A stretch of 31,857 bases of DNA from Candidatus Altiarchaeota archaeon (GTDB lineage: Archaea; Altiarchaeota; Altiarchaeia; IMC4; SCGC-AAA252-I15): contig JAZDMS010000016.1 in NCBI GenBank assembly GCA_043800705.1, positions 1 to 31,857 of the forward strand, written 5' to 3'. Below are positions 9,539 through 19,647 of this stretch, one piece after another (positions within the stretch are counted from its first letter, which is position 1; each line of letters starts with the position of its first letter). Made by a program: the position numbers and the translations under genes. The notes below the pieces were generated by a model that ran no database searches, was not told where the DNA came from, and saw nothing but the letters and a program-made list of their open reading frames with translations.

Positions 9539-10711
9539 TCAGCCGCCGGGGGACAGCCAGCTCCGCAGAATCAACGGTGTTATTACAGTCGTAATCAGGC
9601 TCATGAAGATGATCACGACATATACCTCCTGCGTGATTATGTTCGAAGTCAAACCAATCAGGCCAACTATCATCGCCACCTCCCCCCTCGGAGACATCCC
9701 GAACCCTATTATCAGGGATTCCCCGCTATCGATGCCCTGAAGCCTCGATGCCGCGAAGCAGCCGACGACCTTGGTGATGATTGCTGTCGCGGTCAGGGCG
9801 GCTGTGAACAGGAGGAGCGAGGGCTGCACCTGATGTAGGTCGACGAGGATGCCGAGGGAGATGAAGAAGATGGAGGAGAATATTATGTGCATGTATTCGG
9901 AGCCGACGTGAAGGTCCTTGCTGTGCGTCAGCTTCACTCCCGCGATGGAGACGCCAGCCAGGAAGGCTCCGACGATCGCGGACAGGCCGATCATCTCCGC
10001 AAGGAGGCTGTACAGGAACGCGATCATCATCGCGAATATGAAAAGCATCTCCGGATATTTCTTCGCCATCGGCTGAGAGTCCATCCTCTCGAGGTATTTG
10101 ACGATCACGTTCTGTCCGATATATGCCCCTCCGACCATGAACAGCACAGCCTTGAGGACGATCAACACGTCGTCAATCAGCGACAGGTTCCCCTGGACGA
10201 CCTGGTTCGATACAGCCAAGACCATCAGGCCCAGGACGTCGTCTATTACGGCGGCGCCTATTATCGCCTCGGCCACCTTCGTCTTCAGCTTCCCCATCTC
10301 CTTTAGCACGTTCGCGGTAATCGCGATGCTCGTGGCGGTCAGTGCGGTTCCAATGAAGACGGAGGTCTTGAAATCGTACAGAAAAAGCTGCGCGAGGAGG
10401 TATCCTCCGATCCATGGGAGTATCACACCCGCCAGTGCGATTATGAAATACTTCCATTTGTAGATGCTCGAGGGCTTGAACTCCAATCCGACGACGAACA
10501 TGAGGATCACCGCCCCCAGGTGGGCCATCCCCTCGACGTAGTTCGAGTACGTCATCATGTTGAGGAGGCTCGGGCCTATCACGAGCCCCACGAGAATCTC
10601 CCCCACGACGACGGACTGGTTTATCCTGGAGGCTATCTGGTAGCCGAGGAGTGCCATGAACAGGAGGAGGCTCATCTGGAACTCTATCGTAGTCTCGATG
10701 CCGGATAACAT
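9539..10711 (-). CDS. cation:proton antiporter (CPA2/NapA-like)
   Basis: GEILVGLVIGP, TATSIAIT, AAVIDDV, GMSPRGEVA; ~12 TM helices. Confidence 0.92.
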   Translation of the reverse strand: MLSGIETTIEFQMSLLLFMALLGYQIASRINQSVVVGEILVGLVIGPSLLNMMTYSNYVEGMAHLGAVILMFVVGLEFKPSSIYKWKYFIIALAGVILPWIGGYLLAQLFLYDFKTSVFIGTALTATSIAITANVLKEMGKLKTKVAEAIIGAAVIDDVLGLMVLAVSNQVVQGNLSLIDDVLIVLKAVLFMVGGAYIGQNVIVKYLERMDSQPMAKKYPEMLFIFAMMIAFLYSLLAEMIGLSAIVGAFLAGVSIAGVKLTHSKDLHVGSEYMHIIFSSIFFISLGILVDLHQVQPSLLLFTAALTATAIITKVVGCFAASRLQGIDSGESLIIGFGMSPRGEVAMIVGLIGLTSNIITQEVYVVIIFMSLITTVITPLILRSWLSPGG

Positions 10712-10746
10712 GTCAATCAATTAGGATGAGGTGGAAAAATAAGCCG

Positions 10747-11757
10747 TTATGGAGGCGTCACAGGCTCCGCCTCGTCCCTTATCTCGCCCGTTATCTCCTC
10801 TATCAGGTTCTCCAGCGTCACGAGCCCCTCGACCTTGCCTGCCCCGTCTCCGACGATCGCGATGTGCTGGTGCCTCTTGAGCATCTCGGTGAACACAGCC
10901 TTCAATATGGCGCTCTTGGGCGTGTAGAGTGTCTTCTTCGCCAGATCCTTCACCTTGAGCCTTCCGTCTTTCCCGAAGGCCTTTAGGATATCCTTGATGT
11001 GGACGCTGCCTATGATGTTCCCGCAGTCTCCGCCGGCGTAGACCGGGAACCTGGAGAACCTCACCGTGTTTATGACTGGAAGGGATTCCGCGACCGTGAG
11101 CTCGCCGTCGAGGCAGAACATCTTCGAAAAGGGGGTCATGACAGACTCGACCTTCACGTCGTCGAACCTCAGGACACCCTCGATGAAATCCCGCTCCTCC
11201 TTGGCCCACACCTTCTCCTCGACCCCGACCTCGATCATAGTCTTCAGCATGTCCTCGGTGACGAGGGGGATCATCTTCTTCCCGATTATCCTGCCCATCA
11301 GGGAAGAGACGAGCTCGAACCCGAGGATGAGCGGTTGCATGACCTTCTGCATCAGCTCTATGGGCCTTGCCACGAAAAGCGCTATCTGCTCGCTGTGGGC
11401 GGTCGCCAGGGTCTTCGGCAGGATCTCCCCGAACACCAATATGAGAAAGCTTATCACGCCGACCGCCAGGCCGACCCCGAGATAGCCGAAATACAGTATG
11501 GCGACGTAGGTTGCGAGGGCCGATGCCAGGATGTTGACTATGTTGTTGCCTATCAGGACCGTTATCAGCATCCGCTCGGGAGCGTCTTTTAGGCGCTTCA
11601 GGGTCTTGGCCCCCCATCTCTTGTTCTTCACCAGGTTGCGGACCCGAAGCTGGCTGACGGATATGAGGGATAGTTCGACAGCTGAGAAAAGGGCGGACAT
11701 CGCGACCAAGAACACCAAAACCAACAGAGACATGAAGTAGTCCATGGAGATACCCAT
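10747..11757 (-). CDS. CNNM/CorB-like (DUF21 + CBS pair) membrane protein
   Basis: FSAVELSL, LIGNNIVN, FGEILPK, FSRFPVY, GLVTLENLIEEITGEI. Confidence 0.92.
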   Translation of the reverse strand: MGISMDYFMSLLVLVFLVAMSALFSAVELSLISVSQLRVRNLVKNKRWGAKTLKRLKDAPERMLITVLIGNNIVNILASALATYVAILYFGYLGVGLAVGVISFLILVFGEILPKTLATAHSEQIALFVARPIELMQKVMQPLILGFELVSSLMGRIIGKKMIPLVTEDMLKTMIEVGVEEKVWAKEERDFIEGVLRFDDVKVESVMTPFSKMFCLDGELTVAESLPVINTVRFSRFPVYAGGDCGNIIGSVHIKDILKAFGKDGRLKVKDLAKKTLYTPKSAILKAVFTEMLKRHQHIAIVGDGAGKVEGLVTLENLIEEITGEIRDEAEPVTPP

Positions 11758-11776
11758 AGAACGGCGGAATATATAG

Positions 11777-13048
11777 CTATTGCTTTGCTATCTCCGTCTT
11801 GCCGCCCATATACGGCCGAAGCGCCAGGGGTATCTCGACGGAGCCGTCCTTCCGCTGGTAGTTCTCTAGTATGAGCCTCAGCGCCCTCGACGTCGCCACC
11901 ATCGTCGAGTTGAGGGTGTGGAGGTGCCTGTTCTCGTTCCCATCCCTGTACCGGATGTTCAGCCGCGTAGCCTGGTATGATGTGCAGTTCGAGCAGCTCA
12001 TCAGTTCGATGTATTTGGCCTCCCTCGGGCTCCAGCCCTCGAGGTCGTATTTTTTCGCGGCGACGGTGCCGATGTCGCCGGTGCAGACGTTGACTATGTG
12101 GTACGGTATCTCGAGCGCCTTCATCAGCTCCTCCGCGTTGGCTATGAGCTCCTCGTGGAAAGTCCAACTATCCTCCGGTTTGCAGAATATGAACTGCTCG
12201 ATCTTGTTGAACTGGTGGACGCGGAATAGGCCGCGCTCGTCCAGGCCGTGCTTGCCGATCTCGCGCCTGAAGCATGCGCTCATCCCCGCGTATTTCAGGG
12301 GAATGTCCTCCAACACCTCGTCCATGTGCATCGCGGCCATGGGATGCTCGCTCGTTGCGATCATGTATAGGTCGTCGTCGGCGCATCTGTACATGACGTT
12401 CTCGAAGTCCGCGAGGTCGGTGACGCCCTCATATGGCTTTCTGCGCATCATGTAAGGGGGGTATATGAGCGTGTATCCCTTCTTCACGAGCATGCCGACC
12501 GCGAGGTTCTGCAGTGCCAGGTCGAGGAGGGCGAGGTCGCCTTTGAGGAAGTAGAATCCCGCGCCCGCGATCTTGACCGCCCGCTCGAAGTCGGCGATGC
12601 CGAGGTCGGCGGCGAGCTGGCCGTGGTGCTTGAGTTCGAAGTCGAACGCCTTCTTCTTGCCCCATTCCCTGACGACGACGTTGTCCGCATCGCTGTGCCC
12701 GACAGGTACGCCCTCGTGCAGGACGTTAGGCAGGCGCATGAGGTAGTGGTCGACCTTCGCCCTGATCTCGTCCATCCGGGCTTCCTTGTCCTTTATCTTC
12801 TGCGGGATGTCCTTGGCCTCCTGTATGAGCGCAGAGACATCCTTCTTGGCGGTCTTGGCTGCCTGTATCATCTTCGTGAGGGCGTTCCTTGAGGCCCTGA
12901 GCTCGTCGGATTCGCGTTTGAGGCTCCGCCAGAGCCTGTCCTGCTCCAGGAGGTCGGCGAACCACTTCTGCCTCTCCGGATTGCCGCGCTTCTTTAGGTC
13001 GGCCTCGACAATCTGGGGATTTTCCCGGATGAATGAGAGCTCGAGCAT
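11777..13048 (-). CDS. serS: serine--tRNA ligase (canonical type)
   Basis: N-terminal coiled coil; ATSEHP, motif 2 FRREIG..GLFRVHQFNK, ELMSCSNCT, HTLNST. Confidence 0.97.
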   Translation of the reverse strand: MLELSFIRENPQIVEADLKKRGNPERQKWFADLLEQDRLWRSLKRESDELRASRNALTKMIQAAKTAKKDVSALIQEAKDIPQKIKDKEARMDEIRAKVDHYLMRLPNVLHEGVPVGHSDADNVVVREWGKKKAFDFELKHHGQLAADLGIADFERAVKIAGAGFYFLKGDLALLDLALQNLAVGMLVKKGYTLIYPPYMMRRKPYEGVTDLADFENVMYRCADDDLYMIATSEHPMAAMHMDEVLEDIPLKYAGMSACFRREIGKHGLDERGLFRVHQFNKIEQFIFCKPEDSWTFHEELIANAEELMKALEIPYHIVNVCTGDIGTVAAKKYDLEGWSPREAKYIELMSCSNCTSYQATRLNIRYRDGNENRHLHTLNSTMVATSRALRLILENYQRKDGSVEIPLALRPYMGGKTEIAKQ

Positions 13049-13129
13049 GATAGAAGATAGGTAAAAGGGATTAAAATGCGATGCGACACATGCGGGGGAT
13101 GGATTCGGAATTCCGTCGGATTAGGCGGC

Positions 13130-13471
13130 TTATCGCATGTTGCCTGCTGAAGAGCGCTCCTTTTCCACTAGGTATATCCCTATCATCATCCCGAACAGGG
13201 TTATCCATCCGAAAAGGAAGCCCCAGACGAAGGCGACTGCGGCCATTGCGAGGTTTCTGTGCCGCTCGTCCACCCTGAACCGCTCCAGGAGCCTGTATAG
13301 GACCGCGCCCGCCGGCACTCCGATGATGCAGAGAGAGGAAGAGACGATGAACAATCCGAAGTTTCCAAGTTGATCCTCAGGCGATGCATTGACTACGAGG
13401 ACAAAGTACATCGCAGCATAGGCAGCCGCGGTTATGAAGGCGCTCAGCGATATCTTCAGCCCCCTTTTCAT
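13130..13471 (-). CDS. hypothetical membrane protein
   Basis: 113-aa hydrophobic ORF 1 nt downstream of the CBS gene. Confidence 0.65.
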   Translation of the reverse strand: MKRGLKISLSAFITAAAYAAMYFVLVVNASPEDQLGNFGLFIVSSSLCIIGVPAGAVLYRLLERFRVDERHRNLAMAAVAFVWGFLFGWITLFGMMIGIYLVEKERSSAGNMR

Positions 13472-13472
13472 C

Positions 13473-14024
13473 CTACGTCACGCATTCGTCGCAGAGCATC
13501 CTGCCGTCAGAGCTCGTGAGGCTGTCCGAGTAGTTCTCGCAGTTCTCGCATATGCCCGCGACCTGGCCCTTCTGTGCCGCGTGGGCCTCGTGCAGTTTCC
13601 AGTCCGCCTGCTCCCGTATCAGCAGGTGGAGGGTCGGCTCGATCTTTACTATGTCGAATTCCGACAGGACCCCGATTATCCTGTCCTTGTCGGTGACGAT
13701 GAGCCTGCGGATGTCCTTGTTCCGCATTATGCGGGCGGCGTCGTCGATGGCCGCCGCCGGCTTGATGGTTATGAGCGGGGAGGCCATTATGTCGCCTGCG
13801 CCGACTTTTTTGGGATTCTTGTTCTCGGCGACGATCCGGGTGATGATGTCGCGTTCGGTTATTATGCCTACGCCGTCGCCCTTCTTGGTGACGATGACGG
13901 AGCTGATGTCGTTCTTCTTCATCACCTCCGCAACCTCCTGGACAGTGTCGTTGATGTCCACGCAGATGACTCCGTGGGTCATGGCGTCCTTGACCGTTAT
14001 TTCCTCAACATCTTTCATATCCAT
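13473..14024 (-). CDS. CBS-pair protein with C-terminal zinc ribbon
   Basis: GIITERDI and IRRLIV CBS repeats; C-terminal CENC...LCDEC. Confidence 0.9.
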   Translation of the reverse strand: MDMKDVEEITVKDAMTHGVICVDINDTVQEVAEVMKKNDISSVIVTKKGDGVGIITERDIITRIVAENKNPKKVGAGDIMASPLITIKPAAAIDDAARIMRNKDIRRLIVTDKDRIIGVLSEFDIVKIEPTLHLLIREQADWKLHEAHAAQKGQVAGICENCENYSDSLTSSDGRMLCDECVT

Positions 14025-14080
14025 TCACCCCGCATTATTATTGGCAATCTTCGTATGTAATTAGGTTCTGGTTTTTAAAT

Positions 14081-15793
14081 ATGGATTTCAGCTTCGAGCT
14101 CAAACACAAGGATGCGGCGGGGAGGATCGGCCGCCTCAGGATCGGCGGCAGGGAGATTGAGACCCCTTGCCTGATGCCAGTCTACAACATCAACAAGGAT
14201 ATCGTGCCGGTGCGGGAGCTTGCGGGGACGTTCAAGGCCCAGGCCCTGATGACCAACTCCTACATGCTCCTGAAGGACGGGCAGCTGAAAGCCGAGGCGC
14301 TTTCGAAAGGCCTGCACAAAATGCTCGGATTCGACGGCGTCATAGCCACCGACTCAGGCAGCTACCAGCTCATGGTCTACGGCGCAGTCGAGACCACCAA
14401 TGCGGAGATTATCAAGTTCCAGGGCGACATCGGCTCGGACATAGGCTCCTTCCTCGACATCCCGACCCTGCCGGACACCTACAAGCCCAGGGCGAATGAA
14501 CAGCTCCAAGTCACCCTCCAGAGGGCTAAGGAGGCGAAGGAAGCCAAATTCGCTGTGAACGCTGCCATCCAGGGGGGAAAATACACGGACCTGAGGGCAG
14601 AGGCCGCCAGGGAGATATCCAAGGACTTCCAGCTTGTGGCGGTCGGGGGGATAGTCCCCCTCATGGAATCGTACAGGTTCGCGGAGCTCGTCCAAGTCAT
14701 CGCCGCGGCTAAAAGGAACATGCCGCAGGACCGTGTAGTCCACGCATTCGGCCTCGGCCACCCCATGATCTTCCCGCTTGCAGCCATAATGGGGTGCGAC
14801 CTCTTCGACTCCGCGGCATATGCGCTGTACGCGCATGACGGAAGGTACATGACCGACTACGGGACAGCCCACATCGACGAGCTGGAGCACATCTCGTGCA
14901 CGTGTCCGATATGCTCCGAACACGGACTGAAGATCAAGCGCCTGTACGGGGACGACAAGACGGCGGCGCTCGCAAGGCACAACCTCTACGTCAGCTTCGC
15001 GATGGTGGAGCGGGTGAAGCAGGCGATATTCGAGGGCAGCCTCTGGGAGCTCGTCTGCATCCAGGCGAGGTGCCACCCGCAGCTGATGAAGGCCTTATGC
15101 GCATTGATGGAGCACTCGGAGTGGATATCGGAGCTCGACCCCGTCACGAAGGGGACGCAGTTCCACTGCACCGGCCCCGAGTCAGCGGGAAGGAGCGAGG
15201 TCATCAACGCAAAAGCGAGGATGGAAAGGGTCACGACGAAGAACACGATGGACCTGGAGCCGTTCGGCCCCGTCAACGAGGAGCTTTTCGACATCTACCC
15301 CTTCAACGGCGTCTTGAGCATGACGGACGAGGTGAAGCCGAAGGTCCGCGACATGGCGAAGCTGAGGGCGATAATGGAGTACCAGTTCGGCCGGGGCGCA
15401 GGGGAGCTTCTACCGGACAACCTCAAAGTGAAGAAGTCGAGGAACACGAAAAGGATCAGGTGGCTGTACGAAGGCAGCGACATGGTCGCCTCCGTCAGGG
15501 CCTCGGACCACTTCATCATACCCCACGACAAACTCGCCCTAGCTCTCAAGGAGAGGTTCCCGTCGCCGAAGCTGAGGGTGATAATGAACGACGACAAGGA
15601 GGCCCTCAAATGCGTGAAGGAGGGCAAGAGCGCGATGTGCAAGTTCGTAGCCGACGTCGACCCCGGCCTAAGATGCGGCGACGAATGCCTCCTCGTCGAC
15701 GGGAAGGACGAATTCATCAGATGCGGAACACTAATGCTGTCCCCGACGGAGATAAAGCAGTTCAAGAGGGGGATGGCAGTGAGGACCAGATAG
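14081..15793 (+). CDS. tgtA: archaeosine tRNA-guanine(15) transglycosylase
   Basis: ETP.LMPV, TDSGSYQL, HAFGLGHP, DLFDSAAY, CTCPIC and HNL zinc site, C-terminal PUA domain. Confidence 0.96.
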   Translation: MDFSFELKHKDAAGRIGRLRIGGREIETPCLMPVYNINKDIVPVRELAGTFKAQALMTNSYMLLKDGQLKAEALSKGLHKMLGFDGVIATDSGSYQLMVYGAVETTNAEIIKFQGDIGSDIGSFLDIPTLPDTYKPRANEQLQVTLQRAKEAKEAKFAVNAAIQGGKYTDLRAEAAREISKDFQLVAVGGIVPLMESYRFAELVQVIAAAKRNMPQDRVVHAFGLGHPMIFPLAAIMGCDLFDSAAYALYAHDGRYMTDYGTAHIDELEHISCTCPICSEHGLKIKRLYGDDKTAALARHNLYVSFAMVERVKQAIFEGSLWELVCIQARCHPQLMKALCALMEHSEWISELDPVTKGTQFHCTGPESAGRSEVINAKARMERVTTKNTMDLEPFGPVNEELFDIYPFNGVLSMTDEVKPKVRDMAKLRAIMEYQFGRGAGELLPDNLKVKKSRNTKRIRWLYEGSDMVASVRASDHFIIPHDKLALALKERFPSPKLRVIMNDDKEALKCVKEGKSAMCKFVADVDPGLRCGDECLLVDGKDEFIRCGTLMLSPTEIKQFKRGMAVRTR

Positions 15794-15952
15794 ATTAAGC
15801 CGGCCGTCCAGAGATATTGCGTAATTATCGGGGATGACCGCCGGCGCACGCCTATGCCATTTCCAGCTGGCGATCCGGCGCTAATCCAGCCCACAAACGG
15901 CAGACGAGATGATGAGCTAGCATATCAACCCAACCGCTAAATAAACGTATGC

Positions 15953-16240
15953 ATGGACTTCGTGCTGGACAAGAGCATATTAAAGGGTGTAAGAGTCGAG
16001 GAGAACCCAACCACAGGGAAGCTGGACCTCGTCTTGGACATAGATGCGGACAGGCTTGACAAGATGGGCATCGAGCATCTTGAGAGGCTCTCAGGCCTCC
16101 CCGCCGAAGTAGTCGCAAGAAGTCTTGGGACAAGGTCCGTGGACAACATAGTCCTGATGCTGAACGAAAAGGCCTTAAGAAGGCTTGATGAGAAAAGCGA
16201 GAGCCTAAAGAGCCTCAAGGAAGGGCTTGATAGAGGGTAG
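15953..16240 (+). CDS. hypothetical 95-aa protein; homologous to the N-terminus of the downstream protein
   Basis: Clean ORF after TAAATAAA; manual alignment to the 16281 protein. Confidence 0.7.
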   Translation: MDFVLDKSILKGVRVEENPTTGKLDLVLDIDADRLDKMGIEHLERLSGLPAEVVARSLGTRSVDNIVLMLNEKALRRLDEKSESLKSLKEGLDRG

Positions 16241-16280
16241 TCGCTCGTATTTTAACCGTGTATTCTCGATACCTAACAGG

Positions 16281-18314
16281 ATGCCAGCTGTGAAGAATTT
16301 AGACAGGCACCACATAGAAAGGATCGAGGTGGCGAAGAAAGGGGAGGGCTTTGAGACTGTGGTCCATCTGAACCGGAAGGCGGTGGACGACGGGATAGTG
16401 GGCCACCTAGCACTCCATGAAAGCATAGGATTAGGCGACAAAACCAGGCATATCGGGACAGGGGCGGCACGGGCCATAAGGAGGAAACTCAAACAGGGCG
16501 GGAGCGAACTGGAGATAGAAGCCGCAAAAAGGCTCCAGGCAGCCATCGACATCCATGAGTCCGGGACTGCCTTCTCAAGGGACGGTGAGGTGAGGCGCCT
16601 TGGGAACATCAGGTTCCTGCTCCACGGACAGGAGGTCAGGGGATTCCATGAGTATGAGAGGGAAGAGTTTGGAAAAAGCCAGGTCCTGATGCGCCGAGCG
16701 GACATTCTTGCCGGGATAACTGAATCAACGGGGACAGTTGACCGCCTTCAAGAGGAGATACGCAAAGTCGACGGAATATGGCGTCGGCCCGGTCTGGATG
16801 CCGCAGCCAGGCTTTCGCTCATACGCGACGCCCTAGACCCGAAGGATATCCCGGCCATGCGGGGGGATAGGCCTGCAGGGGAGGAGTTGATTGCGATAAG
16901 GGCTCATCTGGACGAACAGCATACCCATGCGATGAGGCAGCGGGATGATGCGGTAAGCCATCTGAGGGAGACCGAAGGCCACGAAGACGTGGAACAACAC
17001 AATGCAAGGGCACAGGCCCGCTCCCTAAGCTGGGCAGGCCGCCGCAGCGCCCGCGACCGGCTGGAGCTGGCGAAGGTCTCGGAGTTTCCCTGGAACCCGC
17101 TGAGATTCCCTAAAAACTACAGCCTATATGGGATGATGGACAGCTGGGATACCCTCAACACCGGCCTCCTGGGAAGGGGCATCAAGGAGAAGAAGATGCT
17201 CGAGCTCCTTCGAAAGCACCTACCGGACATGGTCAGATGCGCGACCGCCGAACCGTACGGCGCCCTGCTCTACAACACCTGGAGCGCAGTCGACATTCTC
17301 TGGAAGAACGGGATAAAGAACAAGGTGAAGGCGGACGAGGATTTGGCAAACAGCCTGGCTGGCAAGATGAAAAACCTGATAATAGAAAGGGTTTGCCGCG
17401 AGGGATACGCAAGGGAATTCGCAGAGAGCCTCTGGGAACCATGGGGCCATGTGGGCTCCAACACTGACGAGAAGAACAGGGGGCTTTTCATAAGCAGAAA
17501 CGTCGACATGCTCTCCAAGCTGAGGCATGCGGACCCCGACGCCGACCCCCCGATTGCCGTGGTCCTCAACAGCTCCCCGTATGGGCTCACAAATTTCGCA
17601 AAATATACCTTCGACTCCCACCTGGCCCAGTACAACCTCCACGACAAAAAAAACATCCCATGCATCCTGACCGTCACAGGGCAGGGAGACCACAATATGG
17701 CACTCACGAACTCGCCCGACTGGCAGCCGGGGGAGCAGATTCTAAGACAGCTCCCAAGGAGCGTCATCACGAGGGCGATAGAGGTGAAAACGCCAGAGGA
17801 GATGATCGAAAAGGTCGTGGAATTCAAAAAAATGTTCCCGAACGTGCTGTTGACCGTCGTTTCTGCGCATTCCAGCCCTGACACCATGGCTTTCGTAAGC
17901 TCTGCCGAGGGGCGATTGGAGAGGGAGGACATCGACAAACACCCTGAACGAAGGGCTGGCTTATCCCTCCTAAAAGCCAGCCTGCCGAGGTACGACTCGG
18001 CCAAATGGCATGTTGGGATGCCAGTCGGATATTCCGGGGACATACCGGACAAACCCATAATCATCATCCAGGGATGCAAGTCCGGGGCGCCGGGGGGAAT
18101 AGGCCAGAAGCTGTCGCACGCCCTCGATGCCATAGTCATCGCCCCGGACGAAAACTCGGGCATCAAGGAGGTAGAGCTCAAGAACGAGCATGGCATGCTG
18201 TACCCCAAGGTTAAGTACTCGAAAGCCAAGACCAGGGTCTATGTCAGCGGGCGGGAGATACCCGCCAAAGACCTGCAGAAACACCTAAAACACGACTACT
18301 CGCATGTGGCCTAG
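16281..18314 (+). CDS. large hypothetical protein; C-terminal putative caspase-hemoglobinase-fold (clan CD-like) domain
   Basis: Long ORF (ATG MPAVK preferred over TTG 16227); strand-His (LTVVSAHSS) and strand-Cys (IIIIQGCKSG), followed by IGQKLS...VIAP. Confidence 0.7.
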   Translation: MPAVKNLDRHHIERIEVAKKGEGFETVVHLNRKAVDDGIVGHLALHESIGLGDKTRHIGTGAARAIRRKLKQGGSELEIEAAKRLQAAIDIHESGTAFSRDGEVRRLGNIRFLLHGQEVRGFHEYEREEFGKSQVLMRRADILAGITESTGTVDRLQEEIRKVDGIWRRPGLDAAARLSLIRDALDPKDIPAMRGDRPAGEELIAIRAHLDEQHTHAMRQRDDAVSHLRETEGHEDVEQHNARAQARSLSWAGRRSARDRLELAKVSEFPWNPLRFPKNYSLYGMMDSWDTLNTGLLGRGIKEKKMLELLRKHLPDMVRCATAEPYGALLYNTWSAVDILWKNGIKNKVKADEDLANSLAGKMKNLIIERVCREGYAREFAESLWEPWGHVGSNTDEKNRGLFISRNVDMLSKLRHADPDADPPIAVVLNSSPYGLTNFAKYTFDSHLAQYNLHDKKNIPCILTVTGQGDHNMALTNSPDWQPGEQILRQLPRSVITRAIEVKTPEEMIEKVVEFKKMFPNVLLTVVSAHSSPDTMAFVSSAEGRLEREDIDKHPERRAGLSLLKASLPRYDSAKWHVGMPVGYSGDIPDKPIIIIQGCKSGAPGGIGQKLSHALDAIVIAPDENSGIKEVELKNEHGMLYPKVKYSKAKTRVYVSGREIPAKDLQKHLKHDYSHVA

Positions 18315-18408
18315 GCCAAATTTCCGGCCGAGGCTGGCATTGGATTACAACTCAGAAGAATGAGACATATTATTCTCTGGGGATTAGGCCTGAAGACCCG
18401 CAAGGCAA

Positions 18409-19182
18409 TCAGTCCACGTTCCCGATTTCCGCAAGAGCGCATCCGTGTTTTGCGCAGATTCTCTCAAGCGCCGGATATTCTTTCTTCTTCAGCGTGACGA
18501 TGATGTTGTCCAGGTTCCGGCTCATGTGGCAGGGGATGCCTTTTTCCAGGACGAACGTCCTCCCGCTCTTCTTCTCCATCTCGTAGACGACGGAGACTAG
18601 GCCGCCTTTGGTGACGTCCTTGGCTGAGTTGAATTTCACCTTTTTCAGGGCTTCATACCATGTGTCGAACATGGTCTTGGCAAGGATTAGGCGCTCCTGC
18701 CTTTCACCCCAGATGGGCTCTCCGATGAGCGCTATTATATCGCCTGATTGGGCTCCGCTGTCCCTTATCGGGTCTTCGGTTTCCAGTTTACCGAGGACAG
18801 TGATACAGCACAGCGGCTGCGAGTCCTCGAAGAATGTGTTGCCGCCGAGGATCGGGATGTCCATCGCCTGCGCCTGTTCCTTCAGGGAGCCGATCATCTC
18901 TTCGACGTCGGCTTTCGATCCTATGAGGTTGTCGAGCGCGAATATCGGCCTGGCGCCTTTGACGAGGACGTCGGTGGCGGCGTGTATCAGGGCGCTTTTC
19001 ATGACGAGGCGCTTCGCATACGGGCCGTCAGTGGATGCGACAAGCTTGCCCTTGAATTCTATGCAGGCTGCGTCGTCCCAGTCACCGATCCCGAGGATCG
19101 GCTGGGCCAGCTCATCCATCCCCCGGAGTGTGTCGCGTATCCATTCGATGCCTTTGACGTACTTTTCCGGAAGCTCATCCAT
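18409..19182 (-). CDS. AIR synthase-related (PurM/ThiL/HypE/SelD superfamily) ATP-binding protein
   Basis: DDAA, STDG, TDVLVKGARP, ILGGNT, AKDVTKGGL, EIGNV. Confidence 0.85.
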   Translation of the reverse strand: MDELPEKYVKGIEWIRDTLRGMDELAQPILGIGDWDDAACIEFKGKLVASTDGPYAKRLVMKSALIHAATDVLVKGARPIFALDNLIGSKADVEEMIGSLKEQAQAMDIPILGGNTFFEDSQPLCCITVLGKLETEDPIRDSGAQSGDIIALIGEPIWGERQERLILAKTMFDTWYEALKKVKFNSAKDVTKGGLVSVVYEMEKKSGRTFVLEKGIPCHMSRNLDNIIVTLKKKEYPALERICAKHGCALAEIGNVD

Positions 19183-19576
19183 TCTCCAGTTTCTCCATTG
19201 CGGGGCAGAAGCTCGCCTTCTGAGCTTGTCCGATGCGGCAGGATATGAAGAACGGAAAGCTGCGGCAGACCTTCGGGCGGTGATCGTAGACGCCGCACCG
19301 GTCGTCCGTCAGGAACACACATCTGCCTTTAATCCGCTTCATGCATGTCTCGCCCTTGTATCTGTCCGCGAAGCCGGAAAAACCCCCCGATTCCAGCCTT
19401 GACACATCATCGGCCGTAATGGGAATCACCCTGAAGCGGCAGCAGTTGCCGCATGATATGCACCTGAACAGGCCCCTCCCGCCGTAGAGCCTGACGCCCC
19501 GGATGAATTCCGGCAAAGTCGCGGCAACGACGGCCACGGCTGCGACTATGATGAAAAACACAGTCTCACCGATCAT
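19175..19576 (-). CDS. YkgJ-family cysteine-cluster (CxxCxxCC) protein with N-terminal TM helix
   Basis: FRCISCGNCC, CVFL, CGVYDHRPKVCRSFPF; start inferred at MIGETV. Confidence 0.85.
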   Translation of the reverse strand: MIGETVFFIIVAAVAVVAATLPEFIRGVRLYGGRGLFRCISCGNCCRFRVIPITADDVSRLESGGFSGFADRYKGETCMKRIKGRCVFLTDDRCGVYDHRPKVCRSFPFFISCRIGQAQKASFCPAMEKLENG

Positions 19577-19647
19577 GGGATAGTATGTTACGGGGTCGTT
19601 TTTATAGTCAGATGACGTAAAGTTTATCGTTTTACTTACGTGGTCTA

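Noticed and set aside
13091-13110. TGCGGGGGATGGATTCGGA resembling a tRNA-Leu 3' end (att-like) upstream of serS
   Set aside because: Only 9 nt match the tRNA in this window, no cloverleaf, and the intervening DNA is housekeeping; plausibly chance
18409-19182. SelD / selenocysteine recoding
   Set aside because: Lacks the N-terminal (C/U)xxK SelD motif; no convincing in-frame TGA readthrough seen in the window
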